A stretch of DNA of 60,953 nucleotides, taken from Acidimicrobiales bacterium. GTDB taxonomy: Bacteria > Actinomycetota > Acidimicrobiia > Acidimicrobiales > UBA8190. Position numbers and translations under genes: made by a program. The notes under the pieces were generated by a model. It saw only the letters and a list, made by a program, of their open reading frames with translations. It searched no databases and was not told the origin of the DNA. The stretch is from contig DASPTT010000080.1 in NCBI GenBank assembly GCA_035623275.1, positions 1-60,953 of the forward strand, given 5' to 3'. Within the stretch, counting starts at the first letter, position 1. Each line of letters opens with the position of its first letter. Of the stretch, positions 18,644-27,144 are shown piece by piece.

Positions 18644-20164
18644 TCAGCCCGAAGCCACGCCTAGGGCACGTCGGGCGGCCCGCAGCTGCAGAGCCTCCGC
18701 GACGTGGCGAGCGCCGATCAGCGGTCCGCATCCGTCGAGATCGGCCACGGTGCGCGCCACCCTCCGGATCCGGTGCAGGCCGCGCGCGGTGAGGATGCCG
18801 CCGCGCAGTCGGCGCTCCAACAGGCTCCTGGCCTCGGACGACAAAGGGGCCAGCTGGTCCAGAAGCGAGCTCGGGATGGCCGCGTTGCAGGACACACCTC
18901 GCCGGCGGGCCAGGACACGGGCCTTGGCGACCCGCTGGGCGACCGGCGCCGACGCCTCCCCCGGCGGGCCGTCGAGAAGCTGGCCGACCTCGGGACGCGC
19001 CAAGGAGACCGCGAGGTCGAATCGGTCGAGCAGCGGTGCCGAGAGTCGTCGCGCGTAACGCGCCCGGGCGACGTCGCTGCAGCGGCACGCACCCTCCACG
19101 CTGCCTTCGCCGCACGGGCAGGGGTTCATAGCGCCGACCAGCAGGAACCGGGAGGGCATGTCGACCGCGGCCCGCGACCGGCGGATGCGTACGACGCCCT
19201 CCTCGAGGGGCTGGCGCAGCAGGTCCAACGTGGCTGCCGCGAATTCGCCGAGCTCGTCGAGGAACAGCACGCCGTTGTGGGCCAGGCTGATCTCGCCCGG
19301 CCGGAGCCATGCGGTTCCCCCACCGATCAGCGACACGTCCGTGGCGCTGTGATGCGGCGCGCGAAATGGAGGGCGGAGGGCGAGGCCGCCGCCATCGAGG
19401 GCAACCCCGGCCGCGGAGTGCACCCTGGTGACCTCCAGCGATTCCGTCGCATCCAGCGGCGGCAGCAATCCGGGAAGTCGGCCGGCGAGCATGGTCTTGC
19501 CCGACCCGGGGGGACCGACGAGGAGCAGGTGATGGCCACCGGCGGCCGCCACCTCCAGGGCTCGCCGGCCCACGGCCTGGCCTCGGACGTCCGCAAGGTC
19601 GGGCACCGGCGCGGGATGCTCGGGCGTGTCGGCCACCGGGGCCGTCGACGGCCACGGTGCCTCGCCGGCCAGGGCTCGCACGACGTCGCCCAGGCTCGCC
19701 ACCGGTCGCGCCCTGTCCCCCACAACCAGCTCGGCCTCCGCACCGCATGCCGCGGGGACGACGACCGCCTCGTGGCCCGCCAGGGCGGCGGCCAGCGACA
19801 CGATCCCGGGAACGGCCCGGACCGACCCGTCGAGGCCCAGCTCGCCGACGAACGCAATCCGTTCCACCGCCTCGGCGCTGACCACCCCGGCGACGACGAG
19901 GACGGCGATCCCGATCGCCAGATCGAGCCCGGCTCCGGCTTTTCGCAAGCCGGACGGTGCCAAGTTGACCGTCAGCCTGCCCGTGGCCCATCGGTAGCCA
20001 CTCGAGAGCACCGCGGCGCGGACCCGGTCGCGTGCCTCGCGGACGGCGGCATCGGGGAGGCCGACGATGGTGAAGCCCGGAAGGCCGGGTGCCAGGTGGA
20101 CCTCGACGTCGATGGAGCGCCCGTCGACGCCGGTCAGCATGGCGGAAGGTATGCGAGCAAGCAC
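18644..20164 (-). CDS. comM: YifB/ComM-family Mg-chelatase-like AAA+ ATPase
   Basis: 507 aa; LARIPSAMLTGVDG N-term, Walker A LLLVGPPGSGKTML, LFLDELGEF Walker B; long Arg-rich N-extension rejected. Confidence 0.9.
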   Translation of the reverse strand: MLARIPSAMLTGVDGRSIDVEVHLAPGLPGFTIVGLPDAAVREARDRVRAAVLSSGYRWATGRLTVNLAPSGLRKAGAGLDLAIGIAVLVVAGVVSAEAVERIAFVGELGLDGSVRAVPGIVSLAAALAGHEAVVVPAACGAEAELVVGDRARPVASLGDVVRALAGEAPWPSTAPVADTPEHPAPVPDLADVRGQAVGRRALEVAAAGGHHLLLVGPPGSGKTMLAGRLPGLLPPLDATESLEVTRVHSAAGVALDGGGLALRPPFRAPHHSATDVSLIGGGTAWLRPGEISLAHNGVLFLDELGEFAAATLDLLRQPLEEGVVRIRRSRAAVDMPSRFLLVGAMNPCPCGEGSVEGACRCSDVARARYARRLSAPLLDRFDLAVSLARPEVGQLLDGPPGEASAPVAQRVAKARVLARRRGVSCNAAIPSSLLDQLAPLSSEARSLLERRLRGGILTARGLHRIRRVARTVADLDGCGPLIGARHVAEALQLRAARRALGVASG

Positions 20165-20362
20165 GGCGGACCTCGGCTGGTCGGCGCGTGCGGATGAGGC
20201 ACGACGCCCAGTAACGGGTCGGGCCGCCGGTTGCCCGGCTCCTGACGAACGACGCCAGGGTACGCGAGGGGTGTGACACGGGCGCTGACCAGCGCCAACG
20301 CGGCCGCGCCGAGGAGGGACCGACCCTGGACCGACACGGGGTGGCGCGAGCCGTCGAGCCAC

Positions 20363-20410
20363 CAATTGCGCGTCGCGCTAGCTACGCGCGAACGCGAGGC
20401 GCAATTAGTC
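20363..20410. promoter_or_regulatory. nested palindromic element in the ECH/comM intergenic region
   Basis: CAATTGCGCG-tcgcgctagctacgcgcga-ACGCGAGGCGCAATT: outer arms CAATTGCGC/GCGCAATT and inner near-perfect palindrome TCGCGCTAGCTACGCGCGA; locally AT-richer than surroundings. Confidence 0.3.
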
Positions 20411-20456
20411 CCCGCGCGAACGCCCCGAGACCCCGAGCCAAAGGACGGAAAGGCGT

Positions 20457-21257
20457 CTAGCGGCCGTGGAACTCCGGGTCCCGCTTCTCGGCGAAGGCAC
20501 GCATCGCCTCGGCGGTGTCCTCGCTGTAGAAGTTCACCGTCTGGCAGCGGGCCTCGTCTTCGAGCGCCTGCGCCATCGTCACCAACATCCCGTTGTTGAG
20601 CAGGCGCTTCGTCATCCGCAGCGCCAGCGGCGGGCCGGCCGCGAGCCGTCTGGCCCACCCTTCGACGAACTCGTCGAGGTCGTCGTCGGGCACCACCCGG
20701 TTGACCAGGCCGAAGGCGGCGGCCTCGTCGGCGGACAAGATGTCCGCGAAGTACGCGATCTCCTTCGCCCGGTGCAGCCCGACGAGCCTGGGCAGGAGCC
20801 AGGACGAACCGCCGTCGACCGACAACCCGCGCTTGGCGAAGATCTCGGAGAACCGGGCGGTGTCGGACGCCACGACGAGGTCGCATCCCAGAGCGAGGCT
20901 CATCCCCGCGCCCGCGGCGATCCCCCGCACCTTGGCGATCGTCGGCTTCGGGAGATCGTGCAACGCCAGCATCACCTCGCCGAAGAACTGCATCCGGACC
21001 AGGTGCGGGTCGGACGGGTTGCCGCTCACGCCCTTGGGATCGGCGATGTCGGCGCCCGAGCAGAACGCCCCGCCTGCGCCGGTGACCACGAGGACCCGTG
21101 CGCCAGGATCGTGGGCCACCTGGTCGAAGAGGGCGCGTAGCTCCTGCCACATCAGACCGTTCCCGGCGTTCTTGCGTTCGGGGCGGTTCAGGGTGACCGT
21201 GACCACGCCGCCGTCGGACTCGACCAGGATCGTGTCGGTGCTCACGGCCGCCACCAT
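20457..21257 (-). CDS. enoyl-CoA hydratase/isomerase (crotonase) family protein
   Basis: 266 aa; VTLNRPERKNA, VVTGAGGAFCSGADI oxyanion-hole motifs. Confidence 0.85.
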   Translation of the reverse strand: MVAAVSTDTILVESDGGVVTVTLNRPERKNAGNGLMWQELRALFDQVAHDPGARVLVVTGAGGAFCSGADIADPKGVSGNPSDPHLVRMQFFGEVMLALHDLPKPTIAKVRGIAAGAGMSLALGCDLVVASDTARFSEIFAKRGLSVDGGSSWLLPRLVGLHRAKEIAYFADILSADEAAAFGLVNRVVPDDDLDEFVEGWARRLAAGPPLALRMTKRLLNNGMLVTMAQALEDEARCQTVNFYSEDTAEAMRAFAEKRDPEFHGR

Positions 21258-21283
21258 AGCGACCTCACACGCTACGGCCCGGG

Positions 21284-21658
21284 TCAGAACGCTTCCTCGA
21301 CCAGGTCGACGACCAGGTCGCCAGCCGGCCCGGCCATCACCCCGGCCACGTCGAAGCGGATCGTCACCATGGTCCGGTCACCCGGAGGCCGGGACGCCAG
21401 CCATCGCGCCGCGAGACGCCGCAGCCGGCGTTGCTTCGAGATGGTGACAGCCTCGAACGGGGAGCCGAACGTGCTGGTCGATCGCGTCTTGACCTCGCAG
21501 ATGGCGACGACGCCGGTGGGCGACAGTGCGACGAGGTCGATCTCGCCGTCCTGGCAGCGCCAGTTGCGGGCAAGGACGAGGTAGCCGGCGCCCTCGTACC
21601 AGCGTGCCACGGCGTCCTCGCCGCGGAGCCCGAGCATGCGCCGCCGATCGGCGCCCAC
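21284..21658 (-). CDS. yraN: YraN-family (UPF0102) predicted endonuclease
   Basis: 124 aa; GEDAVARWYEGAGYLVLARNWRCQDGEIDLVA signature. Confidence 0.8.
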   Translation of the reverse strand: MGADRRRMLGLRGEDAVARWYEGAGYLVLARNWRCQDGEIDLVALSPTGVVAICEVKTRSTSTFGSPFEAVTISKQRRLRRLAARWLASRPPGDRTMVTIRFDVAGVMAGPAGDLVVDLVEEAF

Positions 21659-21661
21659 GGC

Positions 21662-21952
21662 TCAGGTGTCGAGTTCGGGTAGGCGTTCGATGTTCACGTC
21701 GCGGAAGGTGATCACCTTCACGTTCGGAACGAATCGCGCCGGGCGGTACATGTCCCACACCCAGGCATCGGAAAGCTCGAGCTCCACACAGGCCGGCGTG
21801 CCCTCGCGCACCGTCATCTCGACCTCGTTGGCCAGGTAGAACCGGCGCTCCGTCTCCACCACGTACCGGAACAGCGGAAGGACGGTGCGGTACTCCTGGA
21901 CCAGGGCGAGCTCGATCTCGGCTTCGTATCGTTCGAGATCTTCTTCGCTCAT
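21662..21952 (-). CDS. DUF2469 family protein
   Basis: 96 aa MSEEDLERYEAEIELALVQEYR...; conserved actinobacterial small protein between rplS region and yraN. Confidence 0.7.
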   Translation of the reverse strand: MSEEDLERYEAEIELALVQEYRTVLPLFRYVVETERRFYLANEVEMTVREGTPACVELELSDAWVWDMYRPARFVPNVKVITFRDVNIERLPELDT

Positions 21953-21968
21953 GGTCGCGACTCCCGCG

Positions 21969-22322
21969 TCACGAGCGTGCGGTGCGCTTCTCCGGGATCT
22001 TGGCCGCCTTGCCGATCCGCCCGCGCAGGTAGTACAGCTTCGCCCGGCGAACGTCACCCCGGCTGACGACCTCGATCTTGGAGATGATCGGCGAGTGCAC
22101 GGGGAAGGTCCGCTCGACGCCGACGCCGAAGCTGACCTTGCGCACGGTGAAGGTCTCTCTGGCACCCGTTCCCTGGCGACGGATGACCGCACCCTGGAAC
22201 ACCTGGATCCGCTCACGGTTGCCCTCGACGACCCGGACGTGGACCTTCAGCGAATCACCGGGCCGGAATTCGGGGACGTCGTCGCGCAGGCTTTCGCGGT
22301 CGACGATGTCGGTCGGGTTCAT
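21969..22322 (-). CDS. rplS: 50S ribosomal protein L19
   Basis: [15 protein letters not shown]...[14 protein letters not shown]...TFTVRK canonical L19. Confidence 0.9.
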   Translation of the reverse strand: MNPTDIVDRESLRDDVPEFRPGDSLKVHVRVVEGNRERIQVFQGAVIRRQGTGARETFTVRKVSFGVGVERTFPVHSPIISKIEVVSRGDVRRAKLYYLRGRIGKAAKIPEKRTARS

Positions 22323-22494
22323 GGAGGGCATCCCTTCGCAGCTCGGTCCCCGGGGGCGCCGTCACGGCGGACGCGGCCGCAGGGCGCCCTTCGGAACACG
22401 CCAGGTTAGCCGCTGCCTCCTCCAGCGCGCATCTCGCGAAGGGTGCGCCACCCTCCGTCACGGTCCCACCGCCGAGATGGGAGGGTCGCGCCCC

Positions 22495-23226
22495 TCAGGG
22501 TTCCGGCCAGCGCTCCAGGAGCTCCCGCTCCTCGGCCGTCAGCCCGCCACGAGCCTCGACGAGATCCGGCCGGCGCTCCATCGTCCGGCGCAGCGCAGTG
22601 GCCCGTCGCCACTCCTCGACCCGACCGTGGTCCCCGCTGCGCAGGACCTCGGGAACCTCCCACCCGCGGAACACCGCGGGTCGGGTGTACTGCGGGTACT
22701 CCAGGAGCCCCTCGGCGAAGCTCTCGTCGACACCCGACTCGGCGTTGCCCATGACGCCGGGGACGAGCCGGGCCACGGCCTCGATCACGACCAGGGCGGC
22801 GAGCTCGCCGCCGGCGAGCACGTAGTCCCCGATCGAGAGCTCGCCGTCCACCAGGTGGTCGGCCACCCGCTGGTCCACCCCTTCGTAGCGTCCGCACAGC
22901 AGCGAGAATCCCCCAGCCGCTCCGACGTTCGCGAGCTCCCGCACGACGCTCTGATCGAGGCGGCGGCCGCCGGGCCCGAGCAGGAACAGGGGCCGTGGCG
23001 GGTTCACCGCCTCGACCGCGCCGAAGACCGGACCCGGCGCGAGGACCATGCCCGCGCCACCGCCGAAGGGGGCGTCGTCGACCGAGCGCCGCGGGTCCTG
23101 CGCGGCCGAACGCAGGTCGTGTACCCGCAGGTCCAGGAGCTCGCCCTGCCTGGCGCGACCGAGCAACGAGCCCGCGCAGAACTGCTCGAGCAGGTCAGGG
23201 AAGATCGTGAAGACGTCGATGCGCAC
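22495..23226 (-). CDS. trmD: tRNA (guanine37-N1)-methyltransferase
   Basis: 243 aa; MRIDVFTIFP...GGGAGMV...SIGDYVLAGGE SPOUT motifs. Confidence 0.9.
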   Translation of the reverse strand: MRIDVFTIFPDLLEQFCAGSLLGRARQGELLDLRVHDLRSAAQDPRRSVDDAPFGGGAGMVLAPGPVFGAVEAVNPPRPLFLLGPGGRRLDQSVVRELANVGAAGGFSLLCGRYEGVDQRVADHLVDGELSIGDYVLAGGELAALVVIEAVARLVPGVMGNAESGVDESFAEGLLEYPQYTRPAVFRGWEVPEVLRSGDHGRVEEWRRATALRRTMERRPDLVEARGGLTAEERELLERWPEP

Positions 23227-23237
23227 GGCTGGGGCGA

Positions 23238-23690
23238 TCAGTCGAGCAGGCCGGCGGGCACGTCGACCACCAGCCGGCCCGGGGAGTGGTCGACGACGAA
23301 GCGAAGGGGTACGAGCCCACCCCCGTCGAGCTCGAGCAAGTCGCTGGCCGGGCTCTCGAAGACCGCCCGCACCCTGCCGAGGAGCCTGCCGCCCGCGTCG
23401 ACCACGTCCGCACCCACGAGCTCGTGGACCCAGAGCGCACCCGGGTCGTCGATGGGTGCCGCCCGCAGGACGACACCACGCAGCGTCTCGGCCGCCTCGA
23501 CCGTGTCGACACCGGCGAAGTGGACCACCCAGCGCTGCCCGCTGCGCCGGATCCCTTCGATGCGCAACGTGCCCCGGTCGGTGACGAAGGTCGCGCCGAC
23601 CTCGGTCCGTTCCGCCCGGTTGGACATGAAATGGACGACCACGTCGCCGAGCAGCCCGTGGGGCCGGACGATCGCGCCGACGTCGAGCAG
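23238..23690 (-). CDS. rimM: 16S rRNA processing protein RimM (start codon non-canonical or locus frameshifted)
   Basis: PRC-barrel C-terminus and N-terminal barrel; conserved N-terminal LLDVGAIVRPHGLLGDVVV lies upstream of the first GTG (23642) with no in-frame ATG/GTG/TTG after the upstream stop; CTG at 23690 is only candidate. Confidence 0.6.
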   Translation of the reverse strand: MLDVGAIVRPHGLLGDVVVHFMSNRAERTEVGATFVTDRGTLRIEGIRRSGQRWVVHFAGVDTVEAAETLRGVVLRAAPIDDPGALWVHELVGADVVDAGGRLLGRVRAVFESPASDLLELDGGGLVPLRFVVDHSPGRLVVDVPAGLLD

Positions 23691-23736
23691 CGCGGTGGGC
23701 TCGGCAGGTGCAGCGGCGTCGGCGCCGCCGTCGCCG

Positions 23737-24000
23737 TCAGTCGTCGACGAAGTCGACGTTGGTGTCCACCCCGTCCCGGGAGCCGGCCACGCGCACGAGG
23801 GTGCGGATCGCCTGTGCCACCCTGCCCCGGCGGCCGATCATGCGACCCATGTCGCCAGGCGCCACGTGGATGCGGAATCGCACCGTGCGGCCCGAGTCGT
23901 CTGTCTCGACCACGACGGCGTCAGGTTCGGTGGCGACGGCTCGCGTGATGTAGTCCAACACGGCCCTCGCCGTTCCCCCCTCCACCCGGTTGCCGGCCAT
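23737..24000 (-). CDS. KH-domain RNA-binding protein (YlqC-like)
   Basis: 87 aa; GRMIGRRGRVAQAIRTL KH GXXG loop; conserved position between rpsP and rimM. Confidence 0.8.
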   Translation of the reverse strand: MAGNRVEGGTARAVLDYITRAVATEPDAVVVETDDSGRTVRFRIHVAPGDMGRMIGRRGRVAQAIRTLVRVAGSRDGVDTNVDFVDD

Positions 24001-24044
24001 GTCGTCGACCGGGTCGGGCTCGACCGCCTGGAGATCGCGGTCGG

Positions 24045-24329
24045 TCACTTCGCCCCCGTGGCAGCGAATTCGTCCCATGCGCCCGAGGTGCGCAGGAGCT
24101 TCTCGACCCGCTCGGTCGGCTTCGCCCCCTGCCGCAGCCACTTCAGGGCCTTGGCATTGTCGATCTCGACGATGGCGCCCGGCTCTGTCGTCGACTTGCC
24201 CCGCGGCGCATAGGTCCCGACGATCTCGATGAAGCGACCGTCACGGGGCGAGCGGCTGTCCGCCGCGACCACTCGATAGGTCGGCTGCTTCTTCTTGCCC
24301 ATCCGCATGAGTCGCAGCTTCACGGCCAC
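24045..24329 (-). CDS. rpsP: 30S ribosomal protein S16
   Basis: 94 aa from GTG; [35 protein letters not shown] canonical S16 N-terminus. Confidence 0.85.
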   Translation of the reverse strand: MAVKLRLMRMGKKKQPTYRVVAADSRSPRDGRFIEIVGTYAPRGKSTTEPGAIVEIDNAKALKWLRQGAKPTERVEKLLRTSGAWDEFAATGAK

Positions 24330-24400
24330 GTCGCTCTTCCACCTTCCTTCGTCACGGCCCTCGGCGTCGCCGTCGTGCGGCGCAGCCATCCATTCTGGCC

Positions 24401-24422
24401 CGTCGCCCGGCACCGGGCGACG
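24401..24422 (-). terminator. GC-rich hairpin between ffh and rpsP
   Basis: CGTCGCCCGG-ca-CCGGGCGACG perfect 10-nt inverted repeat; no U-tract. Confidence 0.3.
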
Positions 24423-24439
24423 CGCGCAAGGAGCCAATG

Positions 24440-25948
24440 CTACCGGCCGCGGCCCTGCCCACCTGCCTTGGGCGTGACCCGGCCACCCTTCTTCTTCTTC
24501 TTCGAGCCGCCGCCGGCACCGGCCCGGGCCGGCGTCCGGGCCGATCCGAACGGGCTCGCCCCGGCCCCCAGGCCGCTCTCCCCCAGCTCAGGGGCATCGG
24601 CCATGGCATCCGACAGGGCCTGCGCCATGCGGCCGCCCTTGGCGCCGCCGAGCAACCCGCCGAGCATCCCCGGTGAGCGCATGAGCTGCTGGGCCTCCTT
24701 GAACTGCCGCAGGAGCTGGTTGACGTCCTGCGTCGTCGTCCCGCTCCCCTTGGCGATGCGCAGCCGGCGGGAACCGTCGATGGAAGACGGGTCCAGGCGC
24801 TCCCGGCGGGTCATCGACCGGATGATCGCCTCCACCTGGCCCACCTGCCGGTCGTCGACGGCGGAACTGGCCTGGCGCATCTCCTTGGGCACCCCGGGCA
24901 GCAGCGAGAGGACGCCGCCGAGCGAACCGAGCTTCTTCACCTGCTGGAGCTGGGCGAGGAAGTCCTCGAGGGTGAACCGGCCCTGGAGCAATGCGGCCGC
25001 GCTCTGCTCGGCGACGCCCTTGTCGAATTCACGCTCGGCCTGTTCGATCAGGGTCAGTGCGTCGCCCATGCCGAGGATCCGGTTGGCCATCCGGTCCGGG
25101 TGGAAGAGGTCGAAGTCCGCCAGCCGTTCGCCCGTCGACGCGAACGCGATGGGCCGGCCCACGGTCTCCTTGACGCTGAGCGCGGCCCCGCCGCGGGCGT
25201 CGCCGTCGAGCTTCGTGAGGATCACACCGTCCAGCTCCAGCGCGTCGTGGAAGGCGCGCGCCGTGCTGACGGCGTCTTGACCGGTCATCGCGTCGATGAC
25301 CAGGAACGTGTAGTGCGGAGACACGACCGCGGAGACCTGGCGGACCTCCTCCATCAGCTCCTCGTCGATCGACAGCCGCCCGGCGGTGTCGACGATGAGC
25401 ACGTCCCGCCCGAGGCGCGACGCCTCTTCCTTGCCGGTTCGGGCGACCGCCACCGGATCGGCCTGCTGGCTGTACATCGGGACGCCCACCTGCTCGGCGA
25501 GGATCCGCAACTGCTCCACCGCGGCCGGCCGCTGGAGGTCGGCCCCCACGAGCATGGGGTTGCGGCCCTGCTGGCGGAACCAGCGAGCGAGCTTCGCCGC
25601 GGTGGTCGTCTTCCCCGAACCCTGGAGACCGGCGAGCAGGACCACGGTCGGCGGCGCCGATGCGAACGTGACCTTGAGCGTCTCGCCCCCGAGGACCCGG
25701 ATCAGCTCCTCGTGGACGGCCTTGACGACCTGCTGACCCGGACTGAGGCTCTTCGACAGCGTCTCGCCCACCAGGCGGAGCCGGATCCCGTCGACGAGCG
25801 ACCGGGCCACGCCCACGTCGACATCCGCCTCGAGCAGGGCGGTCCGGATCTCGCGCAGCGCCTCCTCGATGTCGCGGTCGCTGAGGCGCCCGCGGCTGCG
25901 GAGGCGGCCCAGGATCCCCTCGAGGCGGTCGGAAAGGGCGTCGAACAT
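24440..25948 (-). CDS. ffh: signal recognition particle protein Ffh
   Basis: 502 aa; N/G domains with [16 protein letters not shown]-domain and K/G-rich C-tail. Confidence 0.95.
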   Translation of the reverse strand: MFDALSDRLEGILGRLRSRGRLSDRDIEEALREIRTALLEADVDVGVARSLVDGIRLRLVGETLSKSLSPGQQVVKAVHEELIRVLGGETLKVTFASAPPTVVLLAGLQGSGKTTTAAKLARWFRQQGRNPMLVGADLQRPAAVEQLRILAEQVGVPMYSQQADPVAVARTGKEEASRLGRDVLIVDTAGRLSIDEELMEEVRQVSAVVSPHYTFLVIDAMTGQDAVSTARAFHDALELDGVILTKLDGDARGGAALSVKETVGRPIAFASTGERLADFDLFHPDRMANRILGMGDALTLIEQAEREFDKGVAEQSAAALLQGRFTLEDFLAQLQQVKKLGSLGGVLSLLPGVPKEMRQASSAVDDRQVGQVEAIIRSMTRRERLDPSSIDGSRRLRIAKGSGTTTQDVNQLLRQFKEAQQLMRSPGMLGGLLGGAKGGRMAQALSDAMADAPELGESGLGAGASPFGSARTPARAGAGGGSKKKKKGGRVTPKAGGQGRGR

Positions 25949-25972
25949 GCGGTGGGAAAGGCTACCGGGCCG

Positions 25973-27100
25973 CTAGGCGAACAGTGCGTCGACGAACGCG
26001 GCCGGGTCGAAGGGGATGAGGTCGTCAGGCCCCTCGCCCACGCCCACGAGCTTCACCGGCAGCCCGAGCTCACGCTGGATGGCCACCACGATGCCGCCCT
26101 TGGCCGTGCCGTCGAGCTTGGTGAGGACGACCCCGGTGACCTCCACGGCGTCGAGGAATTGGCGTGCTTGTGCGAGCCCGTTCTGGCCGGTGGTGGCGTC
26201 GAGCACGAGGAGCACCTCGGTGACGTTGCCCGGCTCTCGTCCGGCGACACGCCGGATCTTCTTGAGCTCCTCGACCAGGTTCACCTTGGTGTGCAACCGC
26301 CCTGCCGTGTCGGCCAGGACCAGGTCGTTGCCGCGGGCGGCGGCACGCTGGACGGCGTCGAAGACGACTGCACTGGGGTCACCCCCCTCGGCACCACGCA
26401 CCACGGGCACGCCGATGCGCTCCCCCCAGGTCTCGAGCTGCTGTGCCGCTGCGGCCCGGAAGGTGTCGCCGGCGGCGAGGAGGACCGAGTGTCCCGCCGC
26501 GCGCTGCCGGCGTGCCACCTTGCCGATGGTCGTGGTCTTGCCCACGCCGTTGACCCCGACGAAGAGCCAGACGTTGGTCGATCCCGGGTCGAAGCGCAGC
26601 CCGACGTCGCCGGCACCGGCCAAGGTGGATCGCAGGTCCTCCCGCAAGGCGGCGAGGACCGCGTCGGCCCCGCTGAGCTCCCCGCCCCGCACGCGCGTCT
26701 GCAGGTCCTCGAGCAGCGCTCCGGTCGTCGCCACGCCGACGTCGGCCCGCAGCAGCGCCTCCTCGATGTCGTCCCACGTCTGCGCGTCGATCGAGGAGCG
26801 CGCCCGAAGCGATCGCCAATAGCCGGAGAGCAGCCCACGGGTCTTGCCCATCCCCGCTCGGAGCTCGGGCGCCGCGGCCTCGACGAGCGGTTCCCCCGGG
26901 GGTGCTTCCTCGGCAACCTCGGGGCCGGCGACAGGCGGAGCCTCGACGACAGGCACGGTGGGCGCAGCAGGACGAGCCGGGGGGGTCGGGGCTGCCGGTC
27001 GCCCCACGGCCCGGCGTCGCCGGGCCCGGCCGACGACCAGGACCCCGCCGACGACGAGCGCGAGCAGGGCGACCGCGAGGACGATCCAGAGGGCCACCAT
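25973..27100 (-). CDS. ftsY: signal recognition particle receptor FtsY
   Basis: 375 aa; N-terminal TM, NG domain GVNGVGKTTTIGK, DTAGRL, TKLDG. Confidence 0.9.
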   Translation of the reverse strand: MVALWIVLAVALLALVVGGVLVVGRARRRRAVGRPAAPTPPARPAAPTVPVVEAPPVAGPEVAEEAPPGEPLVEAAAPELRAGMGKTRGLLSGYWRSLRARSSIDAQTWDDIEEALLRADVGVATTGALLEDLQTRVRGGELSGADAVLAALREDLRSTLAGAGDVGLRFDPGSTNVWLFVGVNGVGKTTTIGKVARRQRAAGHSVLLAAGDTFRAAAAQQLETWGERIGVPVVRGAEGGDPSAVVFDAVQRAAARGNDLVLADTAGRLHTKVNLVEELKKIRRVAGREPGNVTEVLLVLDATTGQNGLAQARQFLDAVEVTGVVLTKLDGTAKGGIVVAIQRELGLPVKLVGVGEGPDDLIPFDPAAFVDALFA

Positions 27101-27144
27101 GGGCTCGGAAGCCTAACGGCCCCGAGGCATCGAGCCCGGCTCGC

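Noticed and set aside
22323-22494. 172-nt rplS upstream region as possible L19 leader
   Set aside because: No recognisable conserved leader structure by eye; left unannotated.
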